Source: Actinomycetes bacterium
GTDB taxonomy: Bacteria > Actinomycetota > Acidimicrobiia > Spongiisociales > JAHEDJ01
NCBI GenBank assembly: GCA_024641245.1
Contig: JAHEDK010000002.1
Coordinates: forward strand, 167,136-231,135
Direction of reading: 5' to 3'
Length of the DNA: 64,000 nucleotides
Positions 44,805-52,939 of the stretch are shown here, piece after piece; position 1 is the stretch's first letter, and each line of letters opens with the position of its first letter. The notes below the pieces were generated by a model. That model had not been told where the DNA came from, searched no databases, and saw only the letters and a program-made list of their open reading frames with translations. A program made the position numbers and the translations under genes.

Positions 44805-46844
44805 ATGAACGCGACCCTCGGGTATCTCTCGATCCTGGCCGCAGTGGTGGGAGCGCTCGGTATCACCGTGCGGGGTTTCATCGCGATGCGTGATCCGGAG
44901 CGGGCGAACAAAGGGTATCTGGGGTTGCCCGTCATACTGTTCGTGTCCGGAGCCGTCGGCGCAATGTTCTTCCTGGAACTCGGGCTTCTCACCGACGACT
45001 TCTCGATCAAGTACATCGCCAACAACTCCTCGACCACCACCCCGTTTCTCTTCAAGGTCGCCTCTGGATGGGCATCGCTGGAGGGATCGATCGTTTTGTG
45101 GGGTCTGGTCCTGGCCGGCTTCACATTCGCCGTATACGCACGGTTCTTCAGAAGCGAAAGCGGCGACCGGCTCGCAGCAGGGGCTCTGGCGATCATGGGG
45201 CTCATCTCTCTTTACTTCTTCGGGCTAATGGCCACAATCTCCGACCCATTCGCTCGCTGCGTGCAAACGTTCAGCGACGGTGTCGGTTGTGTGACCGGCG
45301 AGAACGCGATCCTCGCCAACGTGATCTCCTCCCCGATCGAAGGGCGCGGCGCCAACGCACTGCTCCAGAACCATTGGCTCATGGCCCTGCATCCACCAAC
45401 GCTCTACGTCGGCTATGTCGGGCTCAGCGTCCCCTTTGCGTTTGCCATCTCGGCGCTCCTCCTCAAAACCACCGGGGCGGCCTGGCTGACCCGGACCCGC
45501 AACTGGACGGTGTTCGCCTGGATGTTCCTCACTGCCGGCATTGTTCTCGGTGGGCTCTGGTCGTATGAGGTGCTCGGCTGGGGCGGCTACTGGGCATGGG
45601 ACCCGGTTGAGAACGCCTCCTTCATGCCGTGGCTGGTCGCGACTGCCTTCTTGCACTCGTCTGTCGTGCAGGCGAGGCGCGGGATGCTGCAGTCGTGGAA
45701 CTTCGTCCTCGTCATCACGACCTTCGCGCTCACGATTCTCGGCACCTTCTTGACCCGCTCCGGCGTAATCGTTTCGGTTCACAGCTTCTCGCAGTCCGCC
45801 ATCGGGCCTGCCCTGTTGATCTTCCTGGTGGTCGTGCTGCTGGGATCGCTCGGGCTCTTCGCGTCAAGGGCTCACACCATCGCCTCTTCTCCCCGGCTCG
45901 ATTCACTCAGCAGCCGGGAAGGGGTGTTCTTGTTCAACAACCTTCTGCTCACCGTGTTCGCGTTCATGGTGCTGACAGGGACGCTCTACCCGCTCTTCGT
46001 TGAGGCGTTCTCCGACTCGACGGTGGGCGTCGGTCGTCCGTTCTTCGATCGCATGGCGATCCCGTTGTCCTTCCTGTTGCTGCTGGCGATGGGCATCGGA
46101 CCGGTCTCGCCCTACCGGGCGGCGAGCGCCCGCGTCGTGTGGGAGCGGATTCGCTGGCCCGTCCGGGTTGCCCTCGGCGCCGCCGCGCTGGCCGTCGTGT
46201 TCGGCTATCGGAACTCGTTCCTGCTGCTCGGTGTTCTGGCCGCCGTGTTCGTCATGGGCGTGATCATCCGCAACCTCTACGACGCCGCCCGGACCAGGGC
46301 AGACAAACTCGGTATCGGACGGAGACAGGCCGCCGCCCGGATCATGCGCGGCGACCCGCACTATTGGGGTGGCCAGATCTCCCACCTGGGCGTTGCGATA
46401 CTGGCACTGGGCATCGCCTTCTCAGCCAACCTGTCGGAGACCGCCACGGTGACCATCGACGCCGGAGATACGGTCAACTTCGCCGGCTTCGAGGTGACCT
46501 ACGAACAGGAGTTCAGCCGCCAGGAACCGGGCCGGTTCGTCACCGGAGCAGACATCACGGTGACCCGGGACGGGTCGGTCGTCGGTACGTACCAGCCACG
46601 GCTGAATCAGTACGGCAACACGCGGGAATCGATCGCCACCCCAGAGGTCGACACCATGTTCTCAGGCGACCTGTACCTCTCGCTCCGCAGCATCGATCCT
46701 TCATCCGTGACCCTCGAGGTCTATTGGTTCCCGTTCATCTGGCTCATCTGGGTTGGAGGCTTCCTGGCGGCCGCCGCCGGGGTCTGGGGATTCGCGGTCA
46801 AGAAGCCCGAACGTTCGGTTGCACGGGACGACACGCGTGTCTGA
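44805..46844 (+). CDS. ccmF: cytochrome c haem lyase subunit CcmF
   Basis: Large polytopic protein with the WWD motif WGGYWAWDPVENAS. GGAGGAAGG RBS. Confidence 0.9.
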   Translation: MNATLGYLSILAAVVGALGITVRGFIAMRDPERANKGYLGLPVILFVSGAVGAMFFLELGLLTDDFSIKYIANNSSTTTPFLFKVASGWASLEGSIVLWGLVLAGFTFAVYARFFRSESGDRLAAGALAIMGLISLYFFGLMATISDPFARCVQTFSDGVGCVTGENAILANVISSPIEGRGANALLQNHWLMALHPPTLYVGYVGLSVPFAFAISALLLKTTGAAWLTRTRNWTVFAWMFLTAGIVLGGLWSYEVLGWGGYWAWDPVENASFMPWLVATAFLHSSVVQARRGMLQSWNFVLVITTFALTILGTFLTRSGVIVSVHSFSQSAIGPALLIFLVVVLLGSLGLFASRAHTIASSPRLDSLSSREGVFLFNNLLLTVFAFMVLTGTLYPLFVEAFSDSTVGVGRPFFDRMAIPLSFLLLLAMGIGPVSPYRAASARVVWERIRWPVRVALGAAALAVVFGYRNSFLLLGVLAAVFVMGVIIRNLYDAARTRADKLGIGRRQAAARIMRGDPHYWGGQISHLGVAILALGIAFSANLSETATVTIDAGDTVNFAGFEVTYEQEFSRQEPGRFVTGADITVTRDGSVVGTYQPRLNQYGNTRESIATPEVDTMFSGDLYLSLRSIDPSSVTLEVYWFPFIWLIWVGGFLAAAAGVWGFAVKKPERSVARDDTRV

Positions 46845-47250
46845 TTCGATTCGCAAGATCGCGGCGGCGGTGGTGACTATCGGCCTGGCGGTTGTCGTCG
46901 TAATCGGCCTCATCCAGGGCGACCGAACCGATGAAGATCGCGCCCGGTCCATCGGCTCCAGAGTGAAGTGTCCCGTTTGCCAGGGCGTAGCCATTGCCGA
47001 TTCTCCTTCGGAAACTGCCAGAGCGATGATGGACGTCGTCGAAGAGCGAATCGCAGACGGGTGGTCGGACAGACAGATCATCGACTACTTCGCGGAGCGC
47101 TACACCGACAGCATCGTCATCGACCCGCCCTTCAGCGGGAATACGCTGCTCGTCTGGCTGCTGCCGATCCTGGCAGTAGTCGCAGGCTTCTTCATGATCT
47201 TCTCCCGGCGCAAGACGCCGGTGCCAAAACCCGATGAGGTGAAACAGTGA
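46837..47250 (+). CDS. ccmH: cytochrome c biogenesis protein CcmH
   Basis: The CXXC motif is KCPVCQG, followed by the conserved SDS..A..M segment and a C-terminal TM helix. GTG 46837 overlaps the ccmF stop. Confidence 0.85.
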   Translation: MSDSIRKIAAAVVTIGLAVVVVIGLIQGDRTDEDRARSIGSRVKCPVCQGVAIADSPSETARAMMDVVEERIADGWSDRQIIDYFAERYTDSIVIDPPFSGNTLLVWLLPILAVVAGFFMIFSRRKTPVPKPDEVKQ

Positions 47251-48080
47251 GCAACTTCAACCAGGAGTCATACGATCGGGCGGTCGCCCGCAAGGAACTG
47301 GCCTTGACCGATCTCGAAGAGCTGGCCCAGCAGGTGGACGACGGTGAGATCGACGCGCCCACCGCGGCAGGACTCCGGAGCGGCTACGAGGCTGAACTCG
47401 GCGCGGCCGAAGCCGAACTGGCCAGACTCGGTCCACCGCCCACTCCCAAGAAGTCGCCCGGTCAAGCGTCGACCAAACGTGCGCCGAGCGAGAACGGACG
47501 GCCGGCCCGGAAGTCGAGCGACTTGAATACTCGTCTGCTGGTCGGCGCCGGCATTCTCATCGTCGCCCTCGTCGTGATTCTCATCTCGGTCCAGAATTCG
47601 GCGCAGCCGGATCCGGCCGCGATGGGCACCCAGGTGACGACGGCAAGCGGCGAGGACCCCTGCGCGGAGCTGGCCGACGCGTTGACCAGTCACTCCGACA
47701 ACGGCTTTCGTCTCGCACTGGCCGACTGCTACGCAGACGTCGGAAACGCCATGTCGGCGATCGAGCACTACCGGGCCGTCGCCGATGCCGAAGGTGCCGC
47801 CGACGGCGAGGTCGCACGGGCAAACGTGGGACTCGGCTTCCTCAACCTTCAAATCGGTGAGCTCGCCAAGGCCGCCGACTACATGCGCGTGGCGCTCGAG
47901 CGCGACGCCGCCAACGTCGAAGCTCAATACTTCCTGGGCATGATGCTCGTCTACGACCTCGGCGATCCGGCCGCAGGAGCCCCATATCTCGAGTCGGTAC
48001 TCGCAACTCCCGACCTGCCGGAGACGGTGATCCTCGAAATCCAGGCAGCGCTCGATGTCGCGGCGGGCGAGGGCTCATGA
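47247..48080 (+). CDS. CcmI/NrfG-like TPR protein (single TM, extracytoplasmic TPR domain)
   Basis: Coupled to ccmH and to the thioredoxin gene. The C-terminal TPR-like repeats are ADCYADVGNAMSAIEHYRAV and GFLNLQIGELAKAADYMRVAL. Confidence 0.55.
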   Translation: MSNFNQESYDRAVARKELALTDLEELAQQVDDGEIDAPTAAGLRSGYEAELGAAEAELARLGPPPTPKKSPGQASTKRAPSENGRPARKSSDLNTRLLVGAGILIVALVVILISVQNSAQPDPAAMGTQVTTASGEDPCAELADALTSHSDNGFRLALADCYADVGNAMSAIEHYRAVADAEGAADGEVARANVGLGFLNLQIGELAKAADYMRVALERDAANVEAQYFLGMMLVYDLGDPAAGAPYLESVLATPDLPETVILEIQAALDVAAGEGS

Positions 48081-48685
48081 CCAACACGGACCTCGCCGTC
48101 GAGCCGACCCCGGAAGCACCGCAACGCAACCTCAAACTGTGGATAACGACCGGCCTGGCGGCGGTGGCCTTCATCGCGCTCGCCCTCGTGTTCAACAGCC
48201 GGTTTGGCGTTGACCCCCGGGTCGTCGAATCCCCGCTCATCGGGCAACCCGCCCCGAACCTCGAACTCGAGGTTCTCGAGCAGGACGCCATCTCTGGCCC
48301 CATGGCAATGTCGGAATTTCGCGGCAGCGTGGTCGTGGTCAACTTCTTCGCCTCTTGGTGCATCCCCTCCTGTCGCGATGAGCACCCCCATCTCACCGCG
48401 GCCGCCGCCGACTACGCCGACCGCGGCGTCCGGTTCGTTGGAATAGCCACCAGCGACACACCCGAAGACACACGCGGGTTCCTCGACGCGCTCGGGTGGG
48501 GAACCAACTACACCTACCTCAACGATCCCGATGCCAGGGCAGGAGTCGAGTTCGGCACATTCGGAGTTCCCGAAACGTTCGTGATCGACCGGGAGGGGCT
48601 CGTCACGCACAAGTTCACGGGGCCGGTCACATACGATGAACTGGTCGTCGAGTTGGAGAAGGCGTTGACCGAGACGGGTTCATGA
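48077..48685 (+). CDS. ccmG: TlpA/CcmG(DsbE)-like thiol:disulfide oxidoreductase with atypical WCIPSC active site
   Basis: N-terminal anchor and thioredoxin fold. VVVNFFASWCIPSCRDEHPHL aligns with CcmG WC(A/P/V)PCR.EHP but carries one extra residue. The GVPETFVIDREG cis-Pro loop is present. Confidence 0.8.
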   Translation: MTNTDLAVEPTPEAPQRNLKLWITTGLAAVAFIALALVFNSRFGVDPRVVESPLIGQPAPNLELEVLEQDAISGPMAMSEFRGSVVVVNFFASWCIPSCRDEHPHLTAAAADYADRGVRFVGIATSDTPEDTRGFLDALGWGTNYTYLNDPDARAGVEFGTFGVPETFVIDREGLVTHKFTGPVTYDELVVELEKALTETGS

Positions 48686-48794
48686 CGGCGTGCCCGGGAC
48701 AAATGGCCCCACCGTCGAGGCACTAGGCTCCTATGCGCCGCCGGAAGGTCGGGCGAACATTGGTCCGGCGTAGGATCCTGCAGGGGAGACAGGG

Positions 48795-49484
48795 ATGCAG
48801 AGAACAAACGAGCTGACACAAGGCGCGCGGCGGCTGGCCTGGTTGACACTTTTGACGCTCGCATGGTTGTTGTGGATGAGTCAGGCGGCCGCCCACGCCC
48901 AGGAACTCCCGGTACGGGATGATCCGTTCTGGAAGACGGACACCTGCCTCGGCTGCCATCAGCAGTCGGACCTGTCGGTGACGCTGCCATCCAACGAGAC
49001 GCTGCGCCTCGCCGTGTATAGAGGCGCGTACGAAGATTCGGTGCATGGTCGAACAGGAGTGGCCTGCCGCAATTGCCATCTCGACATCACGGGGTATCCG
49101 CACCCTGATCTCACCGCCGGAAGCCTGGCCGAGTTCTCAGAACAGCAGGCCAGTTCTTGCGAGATGTGTCACCGTGACCACTACGGCAAAGTGGCGGATG
49201 AGCTGCATGAGGAGTCCGGTGGGTTGCTGTGCTTCGAGTGTCATGATCCGCACACCACCGGCACCGGCTCCGTCTCGGCAGAAGTGCAAGCCTCCTGCAA
49301 CGCCTGCCACTCCGAGGGTATCGCCATTCCTGTCGAGGGGATTCATGCCGCGCCCGAGGTACCTGTCGCGGAGACCACAAGCGGCGTTACAATCCTGCTC
49401 ATCCTCGGCGGAATCTTCGTCGGTTTCGTCGTCCTCGTCTGGCTGGCGACGGTGGCTTGGCGTGTCGTGCGCGACCGAAGCTGA
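48795..49484 (+). CDS. pentahaem cytochrome c with signal peptide and C-terminal TM anchor
   Basis: Five CXXCH motifs: CLGCH, CRNCH, CEMCH, CFECH, CNACH. The C-terminal helix is ILLILGGIFVGFVVLVWLATVAW. The N-terminal half is paralogous to the 61800 gene. Confidence 0.85.
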   Translation: MQRTNELTQGARRLAWLTLLTLAWLLWMSQAAAHAQELPVRDDPFWKTDTCLGCHQQSDLSVTLPSNETLRLAVYRGAYEDSVHGRTGVACRNCHLDITGYPHPDLTAGSLAEFSEQQASSCEMCHRDHYGKVADELHEESGGLLCFECHDPHTTGTGSVSAEVQASCNACHSEGIAIPVEGIHAAPEVPVAETTSGVTILLILGGIFVGFVVLVWLATVAWRVVRDRS

Positions 49485-49625
49485 TCGGGCCCGTTTCCGC
49501 AGGTTAGCTTGTAGCAATTCCCAATCTTGTGCGCCCTTTCACATGGGTCGAATGACCCTACGCGATCTGCGCGCGGATCCGTCATCATGTCGGTACACGA
49601 GTCGAGTAGCTCCCGGGGAGGAAGC

Positions 49626-51698
49626 ATGAGTCGATTTCGACACACACGCTTGGTTGTGCTTGTCGCCCTGCTGATGGTCTTAGCGGCCTGCACGAGCAGC
49701 GCCGACGACACCACCACTACGGGAGCGGAAGGGTCAACGCCCACGACAGCTCCACCGGTCGTCGAGCCGGCGGAATCCGAGCTCGTGGTTCCGTTCCTAG
49801 CGGCCTGGGTCGGTTCTGGACACAACGACGCGACTGCTGAAGCCTTCGTGCACTGGAATGAGGACGACCCCCAGGTCATTCCGACCAGTTGCGCGAAGTG
49901 CCACAGCACCCCCGGTCACCTCGATTTCCTCGGAGCCGACGGCAGCCCGTTCGGCAGCGTTGAAGCCGACGCCCCCATCGGGACCACGATCCAATGCGAA
50001 GCGTGCCACAACGATGTCACGATCTCCCTGGACAGCGTCGTGATGCCATCGGGTCTCGAACTCACCGGCCTCGGCGACGAATCCCGTTGCATGAACTGCC
50101 ACCAGGGCAGGGAGTCCAAGATCAGCGTGGACGCATCGATTACCGAAGCGGGCGTCGAAGAGGACACCGTCTCCGAGGATCTGGGTTTCCGGAACATCCA
50201 CTACTTCGCGGCTGCCGCCACCAAATACGGTACCGAAGCCAAGGGTGGCTATGAGTACGAGGGCAAGACGTACGATGCGTTCTTCGTCCACGTCGAGGGA
50301 TACTCGACCTGTATTCAGTGCCATGATCCGCACACGCTGGAACTGAAGATCGCCGAATGCTCGACATGCCACACCGGTGTCGCCACGGTTGAGGATCTCC
50401 GAGATGTCCGTATGCCGGGATCACTCGTCGACTTCGACGGAGACGGGAATCTCGAAGAGGGCATCTACTACGAACTCGAGGGCGTGCGGGGACTCTTGCT
50501 CCAGGCCATTCAGGCGTATGCCTCCGAGGTGGCGGGAACCGGCATCACCTACGATGCCAACGCCTACCCGTACTTCTTCGATGAGGCCGGCAAGGGCTTT
50601 GGCGCGTGGACCCCGCGTCTGCTCAAAGCGGCGTACAACTATCAGGTGTCCCTCAAGGACCCGGGAGCATTCGCGCACGGTGGCAAGTACATCCTCGAGT
50701 TGATGTACGACTCGATCGAGAACCTCAACGAAGCCATCTCGTCGCCCATCGACATGACGGCGATGCACCGAATCGACCACGGGCACTTCGCCGGGTCCGA
50801 GGAAGCCTTCCGGCACTGGGACGAGGATGGCGCCGTGCCGGCTTCGTGCTCACGGTGCCACTCGGCTGGAGGCGTGCCGCTGTATCTGCAGGAAGGCGTG
50901 ACGATAACCCAGCCAACTTCCAACGGGTTCAACTGCTCGACGTGCCACAACAGCACGAGCGAGTGGACCCGGTATGAGGTCCTCGATGTGACCTTCCCGA
51001 GCGGTGCGACTATCGACAGCGGCGACCAGAACGCCAACCTTTGCATGACCTGTCACCAGGGCCGTGAATCCGGCGCAAGCGTCGACCGGCGGATCGGAGA
51101 CACCGGGGCGGATACCGTCAGCGACACACTTGGCTTCATCAACGTGCACTACCTGCCGGCGGGCGCCACGCTCTTCGGCAGCGAGGCAGCGGGTGGCTAC
51201 CAGTACGCCGGGCAGACCTATGCCGGAGCCAACGATCACCCCATCGCCACGTGCACGGGTTGCCACAGCGCCCACACACTACAGGTTGAGGTTGAGGCCT
51301 GCGGGGGTTGCCATCAGGGGACGAACTCTGAAGAAGACCTGCAGGACATCCGCATCACCGCCGGCGACTTCGATGGTGACGGCGACGAGGCCGAGGGCAT
51401 CGCCGGAGAGGTCGAGACCATGCGCGAAGCCCTGCTGGCGGCGATGCAGGCGTATGCGGACGCCACGGACGGCGTGAGCCCGATCGTGTACGACGCCCAC
51501 GCCTATCCGTACTTCTTCAACGACGCCGGTGAGAGCTATTCGACCTGGACGCCGCGTCTGCTGAGGGCCGCCTACAACTACCAGTACGCAACGAAGGACC
51601 CTGGTGCGTTCGCCCACAACCCGGCCTACGTGCTCGAGTTGTTGTATGACTCGCTGGCGGACATCGGCGCCGACGTGACGGGGCTGATCAGGCCGTAG
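49626..51698 (+). CDS. decahaem cytochrome c lipoprotein, internally duplicated (2 x 5 haems)
   Basis: Lipobox LLMVLAAC after ATG 49626 (RBS GGGGAGGAAG). Ten CXXCH motifs. The two halves align (e.g. YPYFFDEAGKGFGAWTPRLLKAAYNYQVSLKDPGAFAH versus YPYFFNDAGESYSTWTPRLLRAAYNYQYATKDPGAFAH). Confidence 0.85.
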   Translation: MSRFRHTRLVVLVALLMVLAACTSSADDTTTTGAEGSTPTTAPPVVEPAESELVVPFLAAWVGSGHNDATAEAFVHWNEDDPQVIPTSCAKCHSTPGHLDFLGADGSPFGSVEADAPIGTTIQCEACHNDVTISLDSVVMPSGLELTGLGDESRCMNCHQGRESKISVDASITEAGVEEDTVSEDLGFRNIHYFAAAATKYGTEAKGGYEYEGKTYDAFFVHVEGYSTCIQCHDPHTLELKIAECSTCHTGVATVEDLRDVRMPGSLVDFDGDGNLEEGIYYELEGVRGLLLQAIQAYASEVAGTGITYDANAYPYFFDEAGKGFGAWTPRLLKAAYNYQVSLKDPGAFAHGGKYILELMYDSIENLNEAISSPIDMTAMHRIDHGHFAGSEEAFRHWDEDGAVPASCSRCHSAGGVPLYLQEGVTITQPTSNGFNCSTCHNSTSEWTRYEVLDVTFPSGATIDSGDQNANLCMTCHQGRESGASVDRRIGDTGADTVSDTLGFINVHYLPAGATLFGSEAAGGYQYAGQTYAGANDHPIATCTGCHSAHTLQVEVEACGGCHQGTNSEEDLQDIRITAGDFDGDGDEAEGIAGEVETMREALLAAMQAYADATDGVSPIVYDAHAYPYFFNDAGESYSTWTPRLLRAAYNYQYATKDPGAFAHNPAYVLELLYDSLADIGADVTGLIRP

Positions 51699-51707
51699 CG
51701 TGACAGA

Positions 51708-51733
51708 GGGGGCCGGGCACACACCCGGCCCCC
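51708..51733 (+). terminator. stem-loop terminator after the decahaem gene
   Basis: GGGGGCCGGG-cacaca-CCCGGCCCCC followed by TCGTTGTT. Confidence 0.55.
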
Positions 51734-51746
51734 TCGTTGTTCCCCC

Positions 51747-51794
51747 TTCTTGCGTCACTTTGGGGCTCGATGTGCCCGGAAGTGACGCAAGAAG
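51747..51794. repeat. REP-like palindromic element, copy B (TTCTTGCGTCAC-N23-GTGACGCAAGAA)
   Basis: 12-bp perfect inverted arms. It abuts the stop codon of the DUF559 gene. Confidence 0.85.
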
Positions 51795-51796
51795 TC

Positions 51797-52708
51797 TCAA
51801 GCAGCCTGGTGGATCGCGGCCAGGACTTCCGCAACAACGGAATCCGGCCGGCCAATCAGGTCCCACCAGGTGTATCGAAGCGTTCTCCAGCCGAGTAGCT
51901 CTGTCTGGTTCTGGATCACGCGGTCTCTGCGAAACGTGGGGCGATCCATGTGAAACGCTTCGGAGTCGAGTTCGATCCGCAGGCGGTGCTCGATGAAGGC
52001 GAAGTCGGCCCGGCATACGAACGTCCCGTCAGGGTTTCTGATCTCCACCTGTGGCGTCGGTTGCGGCGTACGGAGCCCCCACGACCGGCGAAACAGATCT
52101 TCCAGTTCGCTCTCGGTGACGCCATCCCAGTGGAGCCGCTGCTCGACGAACGGCCGTATGACCCCGACTCCCCTGCGGCCGCGCCTGGCGACCCGGCCGA
52201 CCAGCGCGGCAACACCTTCGAGCGTAAAGCTCCGAGTTCTCAGACCTCTATCGAGAGCCGACTCGACCAGCCACGGCGCGCTGGCGCCCAGATCGACGAC
52301 CGTTCGGACCGGAGTGGTCACCGGGATACCCGAGACCTCCGCCGAGTCCTCGGGAGCGAGATCGGTCGACTCGTGAACGACGAACTCCTGATGCGCCCGA
52401 TTCCAGCGGGGCATCACTACCTCGATGCGCGGAGGCTTGCGATCAACCAGGCCGTGCAGGAATGCAGCGGTCTGGTGGGAGGCCAGCGCCAGATCGCCTG
52501 CGGTCGTGGTCGCGATGAGCACGGCCTGATGCCAGTCGCGCGGCACGGCGGGGAAAACGTACGTGCGGTAGGCCACCCGCTCGAGCACTCCGCGGGACGT
52601 CAAACCTTTCAACTGATCTGAGCTGAGCCCTGCCTCAATGACAGCAGCACGATCGACTACGCCGTGTCGCAAGGCGGCCCTCTGAGTGAGAATCTGCAAC
52701 GGTGTCAT
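51797..52708 (-). CDS. AbiEi_4-like N-terminal domain plus DUF559 (Vsr-like endonuclease fold) protein
   Basis: N-terminal HTH-like segment (RHGVVDRAAVIEAGLSSDQLKGLTSRGVLERV). The C-terminal segment ADFAFIEHRLRIELDSEAFH...LGWRTLRYTWWDL is typical of DUF559. The start is ATG 52708 or 52720. The longer track extension runs over the palindromic repeats. Confidence 0.75.
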   Translation of the reverse strand: MTPLQILTQRAALRHGVVDRAAVIEAGLSSDQLKGLTSRGVLERVAYRTYVFPAVPRDWHQAVLIATTTAGDLALASHQTAAFLHGLVDRKPPRIEVVMPRWNRAHQEFVVHESTDLAPEDSAEVSGIPVTTPVRTVVDLGASAPWLVESALDRGLRTRSFTLEGVAALVGRVARRGRRGVGVIRPFVEQRLHWDGVTESELEDLFRRSWGLRTPQPTPQVEIRNPDGTFVCRADFAFIEHRLRIELDSEAFHMDRPTFRRDRVIQNQTELLGWRTLRYTWWDLIGRPDSVVAEVLAAIHQAA

Positions 52709-52755
52709 GCCCAACACCATCAAGGTTGGGTGTGACAAATCCCGAACCCAGTGAA

Positions 52756-52800
52756 CTTGCGTCAGAAACGGGCGCCGGCCGCCCCAAACTGACGCAAGAA
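52756..52800. repeat. REP-like palindromic element, copy C1 (CTTGCGTCAG-N23-CTGACGCAAG)
   Basis: 10-bp perfect arms. The spacer contains GGGCG-ccggc-CGCCC. Confidence 0.8.
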
Positions 52801-52824
52801 AGGGATAGGGGCGCCACCTTCTCG

Positions 52825-52871
52825 TTCTTGCGTCAGTGTTCCGAGCAACGGGCCCAGAAGTGACGCAAGAA
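52825..52871. repeat. REP-like palindromic element, copy C2 (TTCTTGCGTCA-N25-TGACGCAAGAA)
   Basis: 11-bp perfect arms. The left flank CTTCTCGTTCTTGCGTCAG is identical to copy A. Confidence 0.85.
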
Positions 52872-52939
52872 TGAGGAGAGACAGAGAAGTGGGGAGCCTT
52901 TCGGCTCCCCACTTCGGGTGTTCGTTAAGCGACTCTTGT

